A stretch of 64,000 nucleotides of DNA from Dimorphilus gyrociliatus (lineage: Eukaryota; Animalia; Annelida), in contig CAJFCJ010000007.1 of assembly GCA_904063045.1 (NCBI GenBank), positions 3,107,404 through 3,171,403 of the forward strand, given 5' to 3'. Position numbers and translations under genes: made by a program. The notes beneath the pieces were generated by a model that was not told the origin of the DNA, did no database searches, and saw only the letters and a list, made by a program, of their open reading frames with translations. Below, piece after piece: positions 55,265-64,000 of the stretch (position 1 is the first letter of the stretch; every line of letters begins with the position of its first letter).

Positions 55265-56228
55265 TTAGTGTATTAATTCGTGGTGTAACTTTCCACAGAT
55301 AGTGCATTTCCTCGACAGGCATTTCTCCTTCTTGTGACCTGATTGCAAACAATTGAAACATAAATTTGATTCAATTATAAAATTCAACTTTTCCGATCTA
55401 GAAAGACTTTTAAATTTATTACAGTCGCTCAGAGAATGCTTAGAAGATTTGTGAAGACAGCAACTATAGGTTTTCCAACTTTTCTTTATCATTTTTTCAT
55501 TATTCCCTATCATTTCAGAGTCATTGCTTTGCAGACTATTTCCTCTCAATTCCGATACTTTATAATTATAGGCGTACCTTTCAACAAAATGTATGAGATT
55601 TAAAAAGTCTTTCTGGTCTTCTTTCCTTTCATTCCATTCGTTTCTCATTTCATTGCTGAACTTTGAAAGAGCCACGCATACTATATACGAGTAATCTGTC
55701 AACTGTTTATCCTTAACCGAAGGATTAAGATAAAATATCCGTGTAAGAGCAGAAGCAATATCGGCCGCCCTATCACTATTACCCTCAAGAATTGGTGGCT
55801 GAGTGTAAAGTTTTTCAAGGGCAAATATGTTAGAAGATTTTGCAGCTAAACTATCGTATCTGCTATCCAGAAGCACTATTGCAAAATCAAATGGCTCTTT
55901 CGTTTCAATATCATAGACAATTTCTATTAGTTTTCTAGCTTGGCCTTTTGTCCACTTCAACAAGAGTTGAAATTTATCCATTCCTTTTACGTTATGACTG
56001 AATAGAATATTCCTTATTGTTGTTCTAAACGCGTAATAACTAATGTTATAGCCATCGAATTTCTGATTTTCCTCTGGAAACCATATCTTTGAATTTATCC
56101 AAGCTGCATATTCGTTTATTGCCGTGATCTGGTGAGAATATACTTTACTTGTTCTTTTTAAAGTTATTAAGGGTTTAAAGCATATTTTGCAGATGATGTG
56201 ATTAATTACTTACCTCTAAGCCATTCAT
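55265..56228 (-). CDS. Intact spliced Gag-only gene derived from a BEL/Pao LTR retrotransposon (292 aa)
   Basis: Exon 1 ATG AAT GGC TTA GAG (56228-56214), 85-nt GTAAGT...CACCAG intron, exon 2 56128-55265 fully open. Capsid-like KFDG..SYYAFRT..DKFQLLLKWTKGQARKLIE; zinc knuckles CxxH-x4-H-x4-C, CxxC-x4-H-x4-C, CxxC-x3-H-x4-H; TAA TAA. Confidence 0.8.
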
Positions 56229-56921
56229 TATGAAAGTTTTTACCAGATTCTTTCACAATTCCTTATATTATTCAAAATAGATAAATAAAAACTTTCTACC
56301 GGAGACTTGTTAGACACAAAAAAACCAGTGATATTTGGGTAACGGTATCCTAGAATGGTATATAGGCCCTGATTGGTCATTTTTATTGGCATTGCGTCAT
56401 ATTCATCTCAAAACTTTGAAAATTAAGTAACGGTGAAATATTTGAATCGAAAACGAGACAATATTGCGTAGTTACATTTTTTTTATATCTTCAATTAATG
56501 TTTACTAATCAGAGGACATAGAAAATAGTTCAATTACTTTAGGAAAATTGGTTCATGGTTCATTTAAAGTATGCCTGGTATTAAGAGAAATAATTTTATA
56601 GAGGAATTTATCTGCATCTATGAAAGAAATGCAAATCATTATTTTAGAGATCAACCTTGGGCTAATTGCCGACGAGCTAATTGTACCCGCTGAATGCAAT
56701 ACGTAAAGATGAAAGCCTGAAGAGGTGTCTAACGAAAAATTGCCATAAAGGGCCATTATTAGTTTCTAATTTTAGAAACTTGCACGAAAAAAATAATGGA
56801 AAACATCTTCGTAAAAGCGTAATACTTTAGTTCTTTCTTTTAATTTAAATTTATCTTTAATAAAATAATTACATTATTTTGTAAAATTCATAAATAATTG
56901 GCTTTCAAGAAGATTTCGCAG

Positions 56922-59900
56922 TTACTTGTGGAGACTTTGAAGAAATTTATCCAATTCATATTCTTCGTATTGTTCCTCATCCCACAGTTCCTCTAGGTTC
57001 TCCATTACGCTTTTTGCTCCAGAGATTTGAGAAAGTTTCTTCCTTGGTGACTGTGCTTTTTCAACCGTAAACAAATCCAACAATTGATCTGTAGCCATTG
57101 ATGACAAGTTAGCATTATCGGCTGAAACAATGCTTTGCGCCACAGCCAATTTAAATTTTTGCAATCCCATTATCTTTTCTTCCAAAGTTCCTTTTGTTAT
57201 CAGTCTATAAACGTTTACTACCCTTTTCTGACCTATACGATGAGCTCTATCCATAGCCTGGGCATCTCTTGATGGGTTCCAATCGTGTTCGACAAAGATA
57301 ATCGTATTTGCTCCGGTTAAATTTAAGCCTAGCCCTCCAACGTGAGTTGTCAAAAGTAGAATATCAATTGATGGATCTGTGTTGAAGCGGTGAACAATAT
57401 TGTGGCGATTTCCAGGAGGGATACTTCCATCGAGACGAAGGTAGGTGGCATTAGGAAGATGAGTTCTGTTTTGTTTAACACAATCATAAATACAAGAAAA
57501 TATATTAATAAGTATATATTACTTTAGTAAATCCTTCTCGACAATATCCAACATACTCTTTAATTGACAGAAAATCAGAGCCCTATTCTGACCAACAACT
57601 GGTACATCGCTAAGATTTCCTTGATTTACACCAATGTCGCTATCAACAAGCAACTGTTTCAAAGCAGCCAGTTTGGGAGCGTGTTGAATATCATTAATAT
57701 TACTTCCTTCTCGCTTCATCTTTAGCATCAATTCTTCATATTTTGGATGATTTTTGTTCAATACTAACGAAGGATGACTGCATACTTTTCTTAGATACTG
57801 TAGAGCCTGGAATATATGATTGCTGGCTTTCTTGGCTGACGACTCCTGACCAAAATGAGACACATCATTTTCAACAGTTTTTAATGCCTTTGACTTTGAA
57901 AAGTCTTCGTAAAGCTCTATTTGCAAGGAGCTTAAACAACAATACATATCTTGAACAATTTTCGGGGGTAAATCTGTTAATACATCAGTCTTCATTCTTC
58001 TTAAAATAAACGGTAAAACCTGTTTATGCAAAGCCTCCATTGCTAATGCGCCCGCCTCTTGTTCTTTTGATGAACTCTTTGAATCTTTAGAAGCTGAAAT
58101 AGGTTTACCATAGCGAAGTTGAAATTGTTTTTGTGTTCCCAAATAACCAGGCATAAGAAAATCAAAAAGAGACCATAGTTCCAAAACGCTATTTTGTATA
58201 GGGGTACCGGAAAGTATCAGCCTATGCAATGATATCAGCCTCTTCATAGCTTTCCATAATTTTGTCTTGCTATTCTTTATCACGTGACCTTCATCCAATA
58301 TACAATAATTCCATTTGATTTTTCTGAAAAATAGCATGCAATTTGTTATAAATAAAATATATTATCTATATATAAGTTACGATAAAGATATTTACTCGAA
58401 AAATTCAATATCATTTCTGACAACGTCATAAGATGAAACTACAACGTTATGCTTATCAATCTCCTTTTGCAATCTATTTTTAGTGAATACACATTATCAC
58501 AAAATATTTTAATTGATTACAAGCTTATATTACACTTACAAATTCCTCTCTGTAGGAGTTCCGGTATAGTGTAATGGATTTAAATATTTTGAATCTACAA
58601 ATTTCTCCATTTCAAAAACCCAATGTCCAGTTAACGTTGGGGGACAGATAATTAACGATAATAATGGCTCACAATCTGGACCAGGATCAGTCTGAAGTTA
58701 AAAATATAAAAAAATAACTAACACAAAGCAGGTTTTAAAATTTGTAGCCAACCTTATACTTCTCTGCTCTCATAAAATGATCTCCAGCGACTATGCATAA
58801 TGTTTGCAAAGTTTTACCCAAACCCATATCATCACAAAGAGCTCCATGTAGCTTATACTTATTTAAAAATGCTAACCAATTGATCCCATCTTGTTGATAC
58901 TTCCTAGGTTCTGCTTTAATAGGAACAGGAATGTCAAAGTAATCGAGTTTCGATCCATCAAGCAATTGCTCTATGAATTTCCTCTCCTCCTCTTTCCTCT
59001 GTATAAGCTCTGTTTTCATATCAGGAGGATTTGGAATACCCTTCTCCAAAGATATCATGCGTATCAGTTGACCAAAGCATTGATTGGCCATCATTCTAAT
59101 AGATTTATCTTGATCACTCATACAGCCTAAAACGGGAACAAAGAGTAGTATACTATAAGGTGCAACATTGAATCCGACCGTTTCGATTAAATCTATAAAA
59201 TAGTGAACAAATTAAAAATTTAATAGCTATAGATGAACATGTTATTTACAATGAAGGGATGTTATTGCTCCTTGCTTAGATCTGATATTCTCGGACGATA
59301 AAATAGGAGCAACTTTCTCCAAATAGTGTTGCATAGTAGTAAGAATGTTGATATGAGTAAATTTTGCAAAGCATTTTGCTGCTGAATTGCGGACGGTCGT
59401 ATAAGGATGAAATAAGCAATTGGTAATAGAGTTTAAACGATTCAAAACCTGATATTAAAAAAATAAATTAGAAGGAACGAAAGTACATTGAAATATAATA
59501 TACTACCTCTTCATGTAAATCAGTATGTAGGTAAATAAGAATAGATTCAAGAAGCGTAAAAGAATTGATAAGACTTTTTGCTTCCGCGTTGTCCTCATTA
59601 GACTTTTCCAGATCTGATAAAAATTATAAAGTATTTAAACTATTTGAACTAAAGATGTCTTTTTAAAAATTAAATTACCGATTACTGTTTTCACTTTGTC
59701 AATAGCACCAAAAAGCAATGACCAGAGAGATTCGATATTAACCGGTAGCTGTGCTCCTTGATCGATTAATACTTGGGAGAGAGCTATTTGGGCACCCCTA
59801 CAAGAACTAGAGGATATATCCAGGTTATTATGATTTCCTATATCACATCCATTCGCCTTTTTTCCCATAGACTTCGGTGATTTTTGAAGATGTGTTTCAT

Positions 59901-62900
59901 TTAAAGCTAAAGCTAGTATTCCATAATATTTATCTAATTTTATATCACTTCCGTTATTTTCAGCCAAAAGTTCCTCTTTAATATTCTCACTGTCAATACA
60001 TATTAAATTACTTAAGTTTCTAATTATTTTCTCATTAGGCGATGATGTTCTAGTTGTAAATATTGATAACAATGCCGACAGACGGCTGGCAACTATTTTC
60101 TGTAAGTATTATTTTATTATTATTAAATATTTATTTATTTGTAGAAGATAATAGATGTCTTACTTGTAAATCAATATTAGTTTCTTTCCTTAGCGCCTCC
60201 ATTAGCGGCCTAATGACGGGATTAATTTGGTCCGGTATAGATTTCATACAAACTTTAGTACATGCCAACAGAGAACCAACTCTGTAAAATATTCAAAAGA
60301 TAAGATGATATGACGAAATAGAAAAGCAGTAAAAACACAAACCTTATATTGTAGGTCTTTTGTTCGTTTGCTGTAAAGGCTACAGTTGTTGAAAGTGAAT
60401 TTATCCGGGCTTCAATTTCATCCCGATTTCTTTTTATTTTAGATTTGATAGACGGATAGAAACTGGAGCAGAATTTCTCAGCCATTTCAATTGTCAGAAC
60501 GGGGCTACAACAAATAAAACTCATTATAATATTTGCTATACAGTAAAATGTTTATAAAAGCTTACGTTTTCTCAAATTCATTGACGTCAATTTTCATAGT
60601 TCTTAAAGAAAGTATTATATCCTTACATGATGCCTGCATTTTGGTAAATTGAACTGCAATTTCATCGTAATAAACAGGCTCGGTGAGGCATTTAAACACT
60701 AATTCATCTAGCTCCTTTGGAATGACTAAACTCTTTTTTGTAACAAAAATAATTATAACATTATTAAAGACTATTACTTGAAATAATTTAGAAAGTGTTC
60801 CTACTTCGTTATTATCACACCATTCGCCAAGAACCAATGCTGCAAACATTCTCTGCAGAGCAGATTTATTGTTCAGATGGAATATTATCATATTGGATAG
60901 GCATGTGGTTATGTCTTGACCATTTGGTACTTCAACGCAATTTACACTTAAGTTTCTGAAGACCTGACCAATTAATCTGTTATGTAATAATGAGAAATAA
61001 GACAACATTAGTGTTAAATGGTAAAGAAGTGACCTTGAAGCATATATTCTTGATCGATTAACAAATATATCTCGATTATCATTATTCTGAACTTGGGCTT
61101 CCCTTCCACCTAAATATAACTTGTCTTCGTTATCGGGTCTTTTCGATAATGTACCCTGTAAGTTAAATAGAAGCAATGTTAACAGAAAGTGAAAAACATA
61201 AATTTTAAAGTAGATCATATTACGTGTTTGGGTAATAGTAAGTTTTCGAGACTGAACGGTATGTAAACTGGTTGCATACCTAAACTCAACCATATACCTA
61301 AATGTTGGGATGTACTACAAAATATCTGATATGCAGGAGCAATATCTAGTATAGTTTGCCATATTTTTTCTGTTAGATTTAATATGTCAATTTCACTTTC
61401 TAAAAGAGATTGCTGATAAAGTAATCTCATAGTTGGTTCAAGTATCGGTAACAGCCAAGCCAAGATATGTTCCTTTTCAGCAGCTGATGTAAGTAAAATG
61501 TATAGAGTTTGGAAGCTCGATTTCCGAACAGAGGCGATATTATGCGAGAAAAATGGCCATAATCTTGGTATTAAATCCTTTAAAACATTCATATTCATTT
61601 TTCTGTTTGAGCGAGATTTAAATTTTTATCCGTTTTAATATATTATATTATAACTTACAAATTCTGATCACTGGATTCAGCAACTTTAGGCATAATTAAC
61701 GCTAACAGATTCATAAATGAATTTGTACTAGCTGTCAAATCGTCTAGAAGTACTAAAGAATCCCATAAACGTTCGACCAAAGACGGAATATAAGTATCTA
61801 ATTCCGAAGCTAAAGTATTGACAACTGGAATAAGACACATAGCCGCAACACTTCTAACATCATCTTCTTTATCACTCAAACAATTAAATACTGATTGAAA
61901 GACTATAGGTAGAGTAACTGATGTCATATCAGTTCTAACAGCCATTGTATATTTAATAGCTAATAAACCACCGTGCCTTACTTCCCATTGATCACTAATT
62001 AACATTTCTAGTAACAATTTTATACCAGTAGAAACAGTTTCCTCGGGTAAACTTTGCATAACTACACCCAAAGTTTGTGCAGCGCTCTCACGTACCGGAG
62101 CCACAACTTCATCAGATATAAAATCACCGAATCTATCCAAGACTAATAAACCTATTAAACGAACTGCAATATTCTCCAGATAGCTTTGATTGGCCAATTC
62201 CATCTGGAAATGTTATAAGTTTCTCAATAAACTTTAATTGTTAGGTATATTTTCTAATAAATACCGAATTTTTATATATTAAATTCGATTTTCCAGCACT
62301 AGAGGCATGATGCTTTAAAATATGCCTAAGGGCGACTGCACTACCGTGTCGTTTCTCCCAAGCACTATTAATTAGGTCATTCAACAACGTTTCACAAAAT
62401 TTCGATAACGGCCAATCTTCAGTCTAAGGTAGACATTGTTGTATAAGTTATTCTTATATAAATATGAAAGGATTTATAAACCTCAGTATCGAAACAAGCC
62501 GGACTGTTTGATCTAGAGTCCACACTGATGCTACTAGATCTCGATCTCTTGCCAGCTTTCGAGTCGTCATCATTGATTACATTCCCACCATGTGAGGTTT
62601 GCCTAGTGAAAGCTTTGACTTTTCTCTTCAACTTGTTCTTTTCTCTAACAGACAATGACTGATTACTCTTGAAGATAGAAGCTAGATTGTCTGATGACTA
62701 TTGTAAATCATGGTGAAAATATTATTAAATAAATATTACGTAATCTATTAAGTTAATACTATTACATTTATAGATTGCGGAGTAGAAGGCTGCTTTACTA
62801 AATCATCATCCTCTACTAAATCCGTGAGAAAATTTGAAACTGATGGTAGGCCTAACGACAAATTTTTATTCATCGCCTCTCTCTCTCTCTTAATAGCAGC

Positions 62901-63482
62901 TTCTTTACTTTCTCCTACAAGTAAGAATAGATTTATGTGTCTATCATAGATATGAAAAAAAAAGTTTTTTTAACCAGTATCATTATCAGCATCGTATTCA
63001 CATCCTTCTGATCCAACTAGAGTTTTCTGTTTCAGAACTAATGATATATTGAAATCTTTGAAGCGCAAAAAATTCTCTTGTAATTTTTCAAAGACAGCAT
63101 TAGATTCTGGAGAGCCTTCCGGATTAAAGCTCGGCACTTGAGAGACAACAGCCTCAACAGCTAAACCTGCGGCTATCCTTGTTTCCCAATTAGGTTTACC
63201 CAATATTTCATGTAACTAATAATGATTATAAATATTATGCTTTATCAAAATTAACGGGAAGAATCGGAGATTAACCTTAAATAAAATTATTTGTAAGTCT
63301 TCTGGATGATTTTTTATGACAGTTCCTATTTGTTCGGCAGCTGTTTTTCGAACAACCATTGTCGAACCAGTGTCCAACAAACAGAACAATCGATCCAACC
63401 TACTCATTGTTACACGGTAAGTGACTTTGTTGAAAAAAACTAAACCATAAAAAATGTATTTAATGATATACCTTGTAGACAT
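56922..63482 (-). CDS. BTAF1: TBP-associated SNF2 ATPase BTAF1/Mot1 (many exons)
   Basis: MSTR|LDRLFCLLDTGS, VAPVRESAAQTLG, WEVRHGGLL, DDMGLGKTLQ, ILDEGHVIKN, DQAMDRAHRIGQ-type motif VI (AQAMDRAHRIGQ), LWDEEQYEEYELDKFL. Confidence 0.97.
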
Positions 63483-64000
63483 CTTCTATCTTTTTTAACA
63501 TATCTTAACTAATGATGATCTTCTATAATGCAGTTACAATCATTGTGTAACTGTCACCTTTCGTATTTACAGTGAAATAGCGCTTTAGAAATAATATGAA
63601 TTTGCTTCTTTATTTTCTATGGAAGAATGAATTTTCTAAATTTTTATCTGGTAGAAAGCTGTATACTCTAATGTATCAGTCCACAGTAGGTCGATTTTCG
63701 GTTTGAATTAAACGCATGTAAAATGAAAAAGCCCCCTCTCAAAAGCTTAATCGTTTCACATCCGCTCATTTCCACCGCTCAATTTATAATGACGCCATCT
63801 TCACGTGAGCGAGCTCAAAACCTGGAAGATTGGCGCTGATTGGTTGATAAAAATAGACAAATCGAATTTAATTTATCTATCAAGTCGTTGCAGAGAATAA
63901 ATATGGCGCTAGTATAACAACATCTATAGGACATTTTGAAAAGTAAACTTACGTAGAATCAATTGACGTCATTATTCTATAAATTATAATAATTTGGAAT

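Noticed and set aside
56553-56756. 67-aa ORF between BTAF1 and the Gag gene as an extra Gag exon or retroelement relic
   Set aside because: No retroelement motifs and no compatible splice into the Gag start exon found.
55265-56900. Autonomous or recently inserted BEL/Pao retrotransposon
   Set aside because: No pol, LTR pair or target-site duplication seen; flanks are host genes 100 bp and about 700 bp away.

Overview
AT-rich, very gene-dense animal genomic DNA with short (mostly 45-90 nt) GT-AG introns; a compact-genome lophotrochozoan such as a miniaturised annelid is plausible, but that is inference. The ORF track is fragmented by introns, so gene models were assembled by hand. Conserved genes in order: COX5B (partial), MMUT, GORAB, a PGANT9/GLY-5-type GalNAc transferase, IMPACT, YRDC, a miniature ANKRD11/12, RanGAP1, GRP94/HSP90B1, MRPS35, beta-syntrophin, a CLC antiporter, RMND5, XPA and BTAF1. 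Between them lie lineage-specific or odd genes. Most notable: (1) an intact, spliced, Gag-only gene of BEL/Pao LTR-retrotransposon origin (capsid plus three zinc knuckles, no pol, no visible LTRs), a candidate Arc-like domesticated capsid; (2) an IMD/RIP-like RHIM + death-domain adaptor inside a tandem duplication that underwent reciprocal gene loss and left a dead in-frame syntrophin-CLC fusion; (3) two alternative lectin alpha-repeats of different charge in the GalNAc transferase; (4) a strongly diverged CSL/Su(H) homolog. No tRNA, rRNA or CRISPR arrays were recognised.
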